This document shows, in pieces, positions 43,927-54,537 of a stretch of DNA of 64,000 nt. A model generated the notes under the pieces. The model saw only the letters and a program-made list of their open reading frames with translations. It searched no databases and was not told the DNA's origin. The translations under genes were made by a program, and so were the position numbers. How positions within the stretch are numbered: position 1 is the stretch's first letter; each line of letters begins with the position of its first letter. Origin of the DNA: Adineta vaga (Eukaryota > Animalia > Rotifera); assembly GCA_021613535.1 (NCBI GenBank), contig CP075493.1, forward strand, positions 7,068,001 through 7,132,000, in the 5' to 3' direction.

Positions 43927-45029
43927 AGCTGTAAATTTCTTGTATACGATTACAAGTTTAATTCTTGTTGTGCATGCAAAGTGATTTAATGTTCGTCAAG
44001 AATGTGTCATTGATTGAAAAAATGTTGCTCTAAGTTTTTCTTGCTCAGGCTCCGTACAAGAGGCATGATAGAATGTGAAAAAAAATTGAAAAAAATAAAA
44101 CGTTTGTCAATAGAAACAGAGTAATACTTTCAATAAGTAGCCGTAGGTGGATAGGTGGAGATGACGTGAAGCAGAAAAGTGAAAGAAAAAAAAATTCACA
44201 ATCATTTCTCTTTTTTTCATCGATGATTGGTGAGAAGAGAAAAAGTTCACTGATAAAATAGTTTTAATAAAAATTATGCAATGTTCGAACGAACACAAAA
44301 ACAACATTCTTTTTATGAATATGTCTATCAATAAGTTTTTGTTGAATTCATCATTGAGTGATGTCAGTTTGAATGTTCTTTATCAATTGCATGTTAACGT
44401 AAATATATTTTGACTAACTAAGGTTACATTTCGCTCTGAACATGTTGATTTATATGTCAACTTCATTTTCAATCATCCAAAAGAAATCTTCATTAATGTA
44501 ACAAGTTATTTCAGTATAGTTTTTCTCCTCTTGTTTCTAAAAAAATTAATGTAGCATAAGTGTTAGATATAATGCTGATACTTGTTTTCTTCTCTGCCGA
44601 TGAATATTTATTTCATATGCAAAAGAAAAATTACAACTAATTGATGGATAGATAATTAAATTATCATATAAATAAGACAATGAATAATAATAATAATAGT
44701 TTTTCAGCAAGAATGATTACAATCTCGATGTTGTTTTTTTGGATAGAATTTTCCAGTGATTGTCAAAATCACTTGTTGTCTTTGATTCAAACATCTTTCT
44801 ACCAATGATGTTCTATTAAAACTAGACATTTTTTTCTTTATTGTTACTATTATTGGTAAATATACATCTATACACAACCGATAGTGTGTCAATGTTGATT
44901 GTGAGATAGTTTTGTATTCATAATGATATTTGTCGTGCTTTGCATTGGATGAAGCAAAAAAGAACTCAGTGGTAGTTTACATATTCGATGCAGCAAAATC
45001 AACGTAGTCAAAAAATCGACAAAAAAAAG

Positions 45030-45062
<33 letters not shown>
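45030..45062. repeat. (GA)n(GACA)n microsatellite
   Basis: Direct reading. Confidence 0.8.
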
Positions 45063-45063
<1 letters not shown>

Positions 45064-46548
45064 GGAAGAATGGTCCCGAGTGGATGGGTATGCAACACGC
45101 TCAGTCGAATCTACTAGGTTCTTTTATTCTTGCACTCGTCTTTGTATGTTTATAACTATCGAGACAACAACGATGCTTCGTTTTAGCCACGCATACAAAA
45201 AATCTATTAGACGTTTTTGTCTTATTCTCTGTCTCCTTATTTGCGCTTACTCTCTCTCTCTCCCTCCCTCACCCTCTCTCTTCTCCATGCTTAGCATCCA
45301 AATCTAACATACTGCTAGCGATGCCTACGTATAAAGACTTCTCATTCACTTTAGCGCGCTTGCGTGCATTTGTTACGGAAAAGAGAAAGCAATGAATGTT
45401 GCCATGTTCAGTCTTTCCTTACTATTCTTCGAGTGACGGCAATCTAAAGACAGAACGAGAAAAAAAGAAGAAGAAGAAGCTAGAAAGAGCGAGAAACAAT
45501 CCTATTCTTCGTTCGTTCGTTCGTTCATTCATTCATTCATTTACCAGCAGGGCAAATCATCTAAGGCAAAACTTTGAGACTTCTTTTCTTTCACCTTTCT
45601 ATTCATCTAAAAAAGAAAATAACAACTTAAATAAAAGTCATGAATTTCATATTATAAGAAACAATAATTAAGATGATAATTGAAAGAAAAATATCAATCG
45701 AAAACCGTTGAACATTGAACATGAAGATCTAAACATATACGTATTAACATCACTTTTCTTTTCGCTTACAGCGACGACGATGACGAGTAACGTTCATTTA
45801 ATATATTCCAGAGATTTTCTTCTTTCTCTTTATATTCTCTCGGTTTTTTTTACTATGCATCAGTAGTAGTCAAAGTAGTAAGGAGAAAAACGAAGAAAAA
45901 TAGTTTTCTCTTTAGACTCGCGTTTTTTGGATATGTATGTGCATTCATGCAACCAACAACCACGATTACAATCAGGTAGAATAGAAAATTTCAAGACATG
46001 AACAGTAATAAATAGACAATGATAATGATAAGAACTCTAAGTATATAATCTCTAATGAATGAACTAGTTTTTTGTCTTTCTTTTCATTTTTTACACATTA
46101 ATATTCCATTCAGTGTTAAAATAGTCTCATCGCGTATCTGACTAATAGTTCAAAGTGAATGCGTGTTCATCATCATAATGATAGCACGAGAAGATCATCG
46201 ATAGTATATAGTTAGCTGGAGAAAAGGCACAGCTCATTTGAGACGGACATCCGTTTAGGATCTAATATTTGAAAGGCTTCAAAAGTGAACATCGAGCAAA
46301 AAAACGGCAACGGAAAAAGAAAAGAGGCATTTTCTTTCTTTTTTTTTTCTTCTTTTCTTGACATTGATCCGCCTTTCTCATTGTGGGAAATACAAAACAA
46401 ATCAAGTAGATTTTTCTGACCCTTCTCTCATTTGGACTTTACTAAAAAAGATTATTAAGTTCTTTATCTAAAAAGAAGTATATAGACAGCTGTTCTTTTT
46501 TTTTTCTTCTTCACCAATTATGTGTCAAGAGCTCTTTCCCCAGAAGAG

Positions 46549-49500
46549 ATGTCTAAATTATTTGTTCGACGAACTGCTAAAAACGATTTATTTACACATC
46601 AGTATATGATTCGATTTTCTTGACGATGATGATTATTAGTCGATGTATTTTCCGTCTAGAAGATTTGGTTTTTTTTATTTGCTTACTCGAATTCTTCATT
46701 ATCATCTTCTTCTGCTACTGCTACTCATTTGTCATAGAAGAGAATTATGTATTATTTATCATCTGTTACAAAATAAAAACTTAACTATAAACGCCAATTC
46801 CCCATAGATTATGCGTGCTGTAAATGAGTGCAAGAGAAACAACAATAAAAAAAATGATAGATAGGCTCGTTAATGATAATGTTTGGATTAATCATCTGAC
46901 TTTTTTTTCTTTTCTTTTTATATAAATAATAAGTCAGTTCTTCACAATGGATCAGATTCAATCTAGAAAAACAAATCGATTAAAATATATTCAATAGATG
47001 AGAAAGTATTTCCTACAGACACACGAACAATTGTAGAAATACTTGAGCCTTCTTTTAGCAAAAGAAAGAAACACAATTCAAGAGACTCTTTTCTTCTATT
47101 CTTTATATAGAATTTTTTTCTGATAGACTCAATAATTTATTCAAAAAAGAAAAATCTCGACTACAAATAGATTGTTCTCATAGTTAAGTATTGTAAAATC
47201 TTTCTGAAGAAAACATAAACGACACGTACTTCGTTCTACTTAAGAAGCACATAATCATTTTTCTTTTCTTTCCTATTCAGTCATAACATGATATAGATTT
47301 TAACTATTTAAGTCATTTTCTGCATCGACGTAAACACAGGCCTACAGCATGTTTAACTAATCATGAAACGATTGTCGAACATTTTTATATAACTATATAT
47401 TTTAATTTTTCTTTTAGATCAACTTTAAATCAATACAATGGTATGACATAATTTAATGGCACATTTTACTCGTTTTGTTTCCTTTGAAGATAAGTTCAAT
47501 ACGAAGTAAGACAATTCTCTATGACATTTATTTTCATGATAATTCTTTTCCTTTTTCTAGCTTATTTACATTTATTCTTCCAAGTTCATTTCTATTAGGA
47601 ACTGATGAAAAATTAATCACACGAGAATTTATCTGTCGAAATATTCCATTTGTATTAACATTTGTTAAAAATGGAGATCAATTAAATGCATTTTTACTAC
47701 ATCGTAGTCGTGATACTGAAACATTAGAAATGACACTTGATTTAAGTGTAGCATTACTATGTCGAGAACATTTTACACGAAATGAATCATTTGTGGAGAA
47801 AAATTGTAAATTTACTAATAAAGTTACATTACATGGACGAAAATCGTTTACATCAATAAATCGTTTATGTTCTGTAGATTTTATGGATGAACGTGGTAAT
47901 ATTCAATGTGAATTAGAAATCAAAAATCTTCTTGTTTCATATCTAACTGAAATACAACTTCCACCACAATTAATCAATCCACAATATGCACATGTTATGC
48001 CATCGAATCAAAATCGACAACCATTAGATGCAAAAATTGATACACCATCATTCTTTTATGCAAACTATGAATGGTGTGTTGTTATTCAACCAAAATTAGA
48101 TAGTGTTGGACAACTTGGACATTTTCGATTGTTTATACAACGTTTAACATCTTGTGATCATTCGATTAAATTAACATATCGAGTTAAAATCACTGCTGGA
48201 TCTTACACTTGGGATCCGAATCAAGAGAAAAAGTTAACAAATCCACATGATAGTAATCCTTATGAAGTTAATTATACCGATATTCATGGTCTATGTCGAC
48301 CTTATCGAATTGATCGTGTACGAGAGTTATTACAAGCGAATGGAAAATTTACATTAACTGTTGAACTCAAAGATGCTGTTAGTAAGTATATCGGAAAGAA
48401 AACAAAATATTTATTATATCTTGTTTTTCTCTTTAGCTGTCTTCCCAATTATTGTCGATCCATTCGCACCGAATCCTATTCCAGTACCTTTTCTTGATAA
48501 AGATCAACAGGCATGGACTGTCGAAGCATATATAGAAGAACAATGTTTTATAATACGTTTATATTATTCAGATATATTTAAAATACCAATTAATTATCTA
48601 CGTTCGATATGTTTTAATATCACAGTACGTAATCATCGTGATACAAAAACAACGACAAGTGTTTTTCAAAAACCAGTTACAAAATATTATTCACAAAAAG
48701 ATACTGATGAAGGTTTAGAAATCAGCACCACGCTAGATGTTGAAGAAGTTTGTTTGAAAGAATTTCATCTCTTTATTTTCATTCTTATTGATATTTAGTT
48801 AACTGAACGTGGATATTTAAATGAACAACATAGTGTTACGATAGAAATTGAAATTTTCTTTTCACATCTTATGTTTTCACCAGAATATTCACCATTAGAT
48901 GATATCGTTCGAAAACAAAAACAACAAATCATGTATGTGTGTTCATCCTTCTTATTGTGGAGAGAGAGAAAAAAAACAGAAAATGTTCTTCATTTTCAGA
49001 CGTGAGTTACAAGCTGCTCAAAATGAAAATTTTCAATTGGAAAAAAAACTTCATGAACTACAAATGACTATACAAAATCCAGGCATGTCCAATCGTTTGT
49101 CTGATCTTACTAATGGTCCTTTATCAGTAGGAGGACTTCCTGGTGGTTCAAGTGCGCCAGCTACACCTGATGTTGTTCGAAAATACTACGAAAGAAAATA
49201 TGGTGAAAAAGGTTCATCATCAAATCTACTAGCAACAATCGGTACGAATAATCCATCATTATCATCTAATAGTAATGCACCAAGTTTTGATGCTGGTCAA
49301 TCAATGTCGAATACTTTACCAGTACGAAATGGTACTGTACCTGGTAAAAATTTGACGACGACAACATCAACAATGCCACAACCTAATAGTGCTAATGCTG
49401 TTCGTGGTGTACAAAATTCGAGTACGTTTAATTTAAGAAATAGATTACCTGATTCGATACAAAACACGATTGCTATGACAAGTCAATCTCTACAATCAAA

Positions 49501-49594
49501 ATTACCTGCTAGTTTACAAAAACTACCGACAAGTTTTACCCAAGGTCCAACATTAAATATGTTAGCGAGCAAATTTCAAAATGCTTTTTCCTAG
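46549..49594 (+). CDS. Uncharacterised protein with MATH/TRAF-like beta domains, coiled coil and disordered tail (possible extra 5' exon at 45933-45975)
   Basis: MSKLFVRR... exon joins 47560 in phase. MATH-like segments (HGRKSFTSINRL...FMDERGNIQCELEI; TPSFFYANYEWCVVIQP). Coiled coil RELQAAQNENFQLEKKLHELQ. Stop at 49594. Confidence 0.7.
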
Positions 49595-50417
49595 ATATAT
49601 TTTGTATTCATAAAAATTTCAATGTTCTTTTTTGTGTGTATGTATATGTGTGTGATACCATTCCTATATTTTCCCCTACTCTGTGATCCCTTAATGTATT
49701 TCTAAAAACAAATTTGAAACGAAATCAAACTAAGAATACATATGAAAAGTAAAGAATTCTTTCGCATCTTAGCATTCGTTATTCTATTCATAGATCAGAC
49801 ATGATATAAATAGTTGATAGATGAATGTTATGTTTAGTTCCTTGCTATAATTAGAACGATGTGAAAGAAAGAAAATCTTAATGTGTTTTTGTAGGAATAT
49901 TAATCTTCGAGGTTGATTATATTAAATGTATTTCCTATGTTGAGAGTTTTAATGCCTCGATATTTCTAACATCCTATCGATTGTCTAATTATATTAAGTT
50001 TTTACAAGGAAGAGGTCTAAGTAATAGAATATTTCATATAATCTTTCATCGAAAGAGAAAAATGTTCTTGTATGCATATTTAGATATTTTTTTATTTATA
50101 AAGTACAGACAACTTAACTATTTATGACTTCATTAATAATGAAAAACAAGAAAACGATTTTCTTTTATCTGTTATTGATCAAAGTGCCATTGAACTATTT
50201 TGTTATATATTTAGTATCTATTAAAACAAGAACAGATTTTGATTTTATTATTCTGTACCTGATACAGATAGATGTTTTTTCAATCATCAAATAGCAATGA
50301 TAAAATTTTCGTGACTGTCAATTATAGAAAAGTAGATGCGTAGATAAATGCTTTTATGACATCTTGATTCTTATATAAGTTACAAATATACTTTCATTTT
50401 TTTTATCTTCGTATAGT

Positions 50418-50455
50418 GGGTGTGGGCAGTATTGATGTACAAATATACTACACCC
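50418..50455. repeat. Short imperfect palindrome of the same MITE-like family
   Basis: GGGTGTGGGCAGTAT...ATACTACACCC. Confidence 0.45.
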
Positions 50456-50818
50456 AGCCACCTTCGAAATTATCTTTAAATTCGATGCAGAGAATCAAGA
50501 AAAATAACACAACTGTATTGTAAAATCATTCCATGTTCAGTATGCATGTGTTTGAAAGTAGTTTCAAAGAATGTTTTTGAAAATGATTCTTTTTCTTCTC
50601 ATGTAAATTCATGTGTAACGCCTTAATGATATTCTTTTTCAAGACCTAGACAACGACCAACTAAAATAGTAGTTTTACTTTTTTCATTTGTAATAATATT
50701 TATTGAGTTATTTCATCACTGAATTCTGCAACTGTTTCGCAAAAACAAAACAATACGGGAAGAGATGAATAGTGGAAAAGAATGATAAAAGAAAATAAGT
50801 ATACAGAGTTCGAATTAA

Positions 50819-50880
50819 CTTGTGTGTGAGCGCCGGTGAGGAACGGAGGTCCCACATTCATTTCTACCCACACCCTCAAG
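50819..50880. repeat. Degenerate copy of MITE-like palindrome
   Basis: CTTGTGTGTGAGCG ... ACCCACACCCTCAAG. Confidence 0.45.
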
Positions 50881-50995
50881 AAATGAATATTTTGAATTGA
50901 AGTCTTTTACATCTCTTTTATTAGTAATTAACAAACATAACAAACTACATAGATAATCAAAAGTGTACCAAAAAATATAATTCGACAAAAAACAC

Positions 50996-51700
50996 TTAGT
51001 CGTATTTCTCATAAATTTTGTTGTTACGAATCCATCCGAGCACTGTTGGAGTTATATAAGTCGTGGCAAAACATGTTGGTTTAAGTTTGACTTCACGTTC
51101 CATACATTCGGCAAATCTTTTACTAAAACCAATTCGAGGTAATTTCATAGCTAGATCGTCGATCTGTTTCTGTGCCCAAAGAGTATCAGGTACTTGACCG
51201 AGTACATCAAGTGTTGTACTAAATTCCAAACAGGCATCCAGGACTGATTGGTGACCTTTGTGAGGCATCCCTTCATGTTTGCAGATGGCTTCAAACACTT
51301 GATTAGCTACCTGTTCTGTACCACCATTATTAAGGACCAATTCACGCCCAATTAATCCACCTTGAAATTCGAATGATACTTGACTATTCAGTTGTACTGT
51401 GTCTGATAATGCGATATCATGCATTAGAGCAGCAACGTATAATGTTTCATCTTCTACTTTCCATCGTGGAAAATGATCTTGACGTAACATTTGACTGATA
51501 TAGTAGATACGGACAGAATGATTGAATATTGCATCATCCAGAAGATCTTTTGCATACTTGCTGGCCGCATCCGTAAGTTTACTGGAGGGCACAACGATAG
51601 AAGCAATATCCACAGGATTGTTGGCGCGTTGGTGACCAATACGTTGCAATAAAGCGTTGAGATCGCGCTCCACAAAACTTACATCAATTTCATGCAACAT
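50996..51700 (-). CDS. HD-domain hydratase, cyanamide hydratase (Cah/DDI2-like) family; intronless, probable horizontal acquisition
   Basis: IFNHSVRIY, YVAALMHDI (HD), SFEFQGG, VFEAICKH, LDVLG, PRIGFSKRFAECMEREVKLKP. Visibly higher GC than its flanks. Confidence 0.8.
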   Translation of the reverse strand: MLHEIDVSFVERDLNALLQRIGHQRANNPVDIASIVVPSSKLTDAASKYAKDLLDDAIFNHSVRIYYISQMLRQDHFPRWKVEDETLYVAALMHDIALSDTVQLNSQVSFEFQGGLIGRELVLNNGGTEQVANQVFEAICKHEGMPHKGHQSVLDACLEFSTTLDVLGQVPDTLWAQKQIDDLAMKLPRIGFSKRFAECMEREVKLKPTCFATTYITPTVLGWIRNNKIYEKYD

Positions 51701-51788
51701 ATCAAGTGATTATGAACTGACAGAATACGTTGACCTATGACGAGCTATATATGTATATCACCGTGCATTGTTAGAGAGTTCAATCAGT

Positions 51789-51928
51789 AGTGATAAGGAC
51801 ATTTATTTTCTCCGTCCAAATATCGTATCGTCATATTTTCTCTATTAACACAACAAGCTGGCGCGAAAAAGAAAATAGACGATTATTCTTCTCACGTGGG
51901 TGAAAATAAAGATATCCAGTGATAAGGA
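51789..51928. promoter_or_regulatory. Duplicated GATA-type motif AGTGATAAGGA upstream of the HD gene
   Basis: Identical 11-mers at 51789 and 51918; CACGTG at ~51893; TATA-like element at ~51745. Confidence 0.35.
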
Positions 51929-51961
51929 GCTTATGTATAGCACAAGTTAATTCAAAATCTG

Positions 51962-52006
51962 GAGGGTATGATTGAGAAAAGAAGGACATACACCCATACC
52001 CTCAAG
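51962..52006. repeat. Short palindrome of the MITE-like family
   Basis: GAGGGTATG (51962) and CATACCCTC (51995) form a 9-bp inverted repeat; right end ACCCATACCCTCAAG. Confidence 0.5.
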
Positions 52007-52296
52007 CTTAGATATAGAAGTGTGTATAAAGAAAAAAAAAGTATTATATTTAAATATTATCATCATTCTTTTATTAATTGTAAAATTTCACCAATTTTTT
52101 TTCACAACAGAAAAACCGGTTTCGTAGATTATATCACAAAATAACAATAAAAAAGTCAACAGTTACTGTACAAGGGTTATAAAAAATTCTTGCCTAAAAA
52201 AAACAAAAAAAATGAGAAAATAATATTCTAAGCAGATTGCTGTTCCTGGCTAGATCATTACTGATGTTATGCCTTCTATCTAACTGATTTGCGTTG

Positions 52297-53583
52297 TTAC
52301 GATGCAGCTGAGTCATTTGTTGAGTTGTTTTTCTTTTCAATAGATATTGATTTTTTTATTTTACTTTGCTTGTTTTTCGTGGAAGTTGAAGTATTGTTTG
52401 CTGTTGATTGATCTTCTTCGTCTACGGCAACCGATGGAAGTGTTTTATCACTTGCTGTGATGGCATTCTCATTCTCGCTTTTACCAGATTTCTTTGTTTT
52501 ACGAGTAGTTGTTGTTTGAGATTCATTGGTGATGGTATCATTTTCATCTTCATTTTTTTCAGATGCTGTTGATTTCTTTCGAAGATTTACATGATAAGTC
52601 TCCGCCCAAAAATTAAGATCTTCAATGGAGTTTTGTTTCGTTTTAATATGTTCGATTAGATCATCGAAGATAACATCTTGTCCTGCCGAATAATCAGATG
52701 TATGAGCAGCTTGAGCAAAACTAATTAAAACTTCTTGAATTTGATCCAATCGTTCCTTTTCATATTCTCGACATTCTTGATAGATTTCCATTGCTTTTTG
52801 TTGGTAAGTTTCTTGTTCATGAACATATTCTTTTTCTGCTCGTGCAATTTTATCTTGAATAATTTCTAATTCATTTTGGCGTTTTTCTTGAGTATCTTTA
52901 GCACGTGTACTTTTGCTCTTGCTAACAGTCGAATCCAAACTATAATTTTCACATTGAATATCAGCTGCAAGTAATGATTCTTTGGCTTGTTTTTCTTGTT
53001 CATGTAATTTTTCGAGTGTTTCGGCAAGTTTTGATAGAGCTGAACGAGCTGTTTTGAACGCTTTTCTGACTTGTTCGGATCGATAATGTTTGTGTACAGT
53101 ACCTAAACGTTCCTTTGGATACATACGATCGACTTGACGATGAAATGTAGCAATGACATGTTCTATCTCATCACAACGAGTTTGTACAAGTTCAGCAAGT
53201 TTGTGTGACGATTTAATAGTTTGATATTGAGCACGTTTTGTTGTATGATACGATGAAATAGTTGGCTGTTGTTTTAATTTTCCATTCCATTTCGTTGTAT
53301 GAGACGAAAGACTGTCAGCATAGTTTTGTTGAAGAGTAAGATAGTCTTTTAGCCATTGGAGAATATCTTCAGATACTTTATAGCCATCGTCAAGACATTT
53401 AATTATTGCTAGATAGTTATCATCATTCAAAAATGAATTATGAATATATTCATTTGAACCGTAGGTTGAATCATTATCGAAAGGCAAACGATTAGAACGA
53501 AGTTTATCTGTGATACCTGAAAGAGTTGTTCGTCTAATCGAATCTGTTCGACGTAAAAGTGCGGATTTGATACGTAAAGTCAT
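52297..53583 (-). CDS. PACSIN/syndapin-like F-BAR protein lacking SH3, intronless
   Basis: SFLNDDNYLAIIKCLDDGY...QQNYADSL...KW, YQQKAMEIYQECREYEKERL and EDLNFWAETY resemble the PACSIN F-BAR. The tail is K/S/T/E-rich with no SH3 or NPF. Confidence 0.72.
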   Translation of the reverse strand: MTLRIKSALLRRTDSIRRTTLSGITDKLRSNRLPFDNDSTYGSNEYIHNSFLNDDNYLAIIKCLDDGYKVSEDILQWLKDYLTLQQNYADSLSSHTTKWNGKLKQQPTISSYHTTKRAQYQTIKSSHKLAELVQTRCDEIEHVIATFHRQVDRMYPKERLGTVHKHYRSEQVRKAFKTARSALSKLAETLEKLHEQEKQAKESLLAADIQCENYSLDSTVSKSKSTRAKDTQEKRQNELEIIQDKIARAEKEYVHEQETYQQKAMEIYQECREYEKERLDQIQEVLISFAQAAHTSDYSAGQDVIFDDLIEHIKTKQNSIEDLNFWAETYHVNLRKKSTASEKNEDENDTITNESQTTTTRKTKKSGKSENENAITASDKTLPSVAVDEEDQSTANNTSTSTKNKQSKIKKSISIEKKNNSTNDSAAS

Positions 53584-53816
53584 TTCAAGTTTCCGAGTAG
53601 TAAATAGAAATAAAAGTGACAGAAATCACACACTACACGTATATATATACCATCTGTAGGCTGTTCTGTTTCTTGTTTTGCGGAAGAATAGAGAACAGAT
53701 GAATCATACATATGGAATTCAGTTTTCTTACTTATTCTCTACAGAACGACAACTAAATCTACTGTTTTCGACGATATTTTATCTGATTTTATCAATAAAA
53801 ACGCATTTTGTCGCAG

Positions 53817-53921
53817 AATTACGTCATATTGCATAAGTGTAATTACGTAAGATTTTTTAGAGAGATATTTTTTATTTACCCCTAGTGAAATAAAAATCAC
53901 CTACACAACAATTACGTCATA
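53817..53921. promoter_or_regulatory. Cluster of bZIP-type sites upstream of the F-BAR gene
   Basis: AATTACGTCATA at 53817 and 53910, TTGCATAA at 53829, TTACGTAA at 53843. Confidence 0.45.
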
Positions 53922-54537
53922 AATGTCTTGTTGGCAACGCATCAAAACATATTAATGATTCATCAGTAGTATCAACGCATATTTTCAATTTCTTTACTAA
54001 AGACAAAGAAAATTCCATATCGATTTTAATGGAATAATCCAATAATTAAAAAAAGAAAATGACACCATACCTATGCAATTTAGTTTTGATTAACATATAG
54101 AATTTTAATTGAATATTTCTTTATGAGAAAATCTGAATAATATATATGATTATTAATTAAAAATTTGTTTTTATTTTGACATCCATCGACATAACAACAC
54201 AAACAATTCTAGTCAAAATCTGTGTGGGTGTCCTTGGAATCACTTTAGACGTATGGTGATAGATATAATAGTGAATAAAAGTCAAGAGAGATTATATGTC
54301 GTTTTGATCGAGCAAATATTTGATTTGTGTGAATGAGATGAATAGAATTTCTTTTATGAAAAATGTTTTATTATTGACTATAAATTGTTTTTAATAAAAT
54401 TTCATTTTTCAATTGACAATGGCACTATTCAATTATCTAACTATTGCTCTTATCACACGCAGTATTTCTTATTCTTTTTAGAGTGTGTTTTTTCAAAAAT
54501 GTCTGAAGTAAACAAAATAAAAAACTTATCGTACCAT

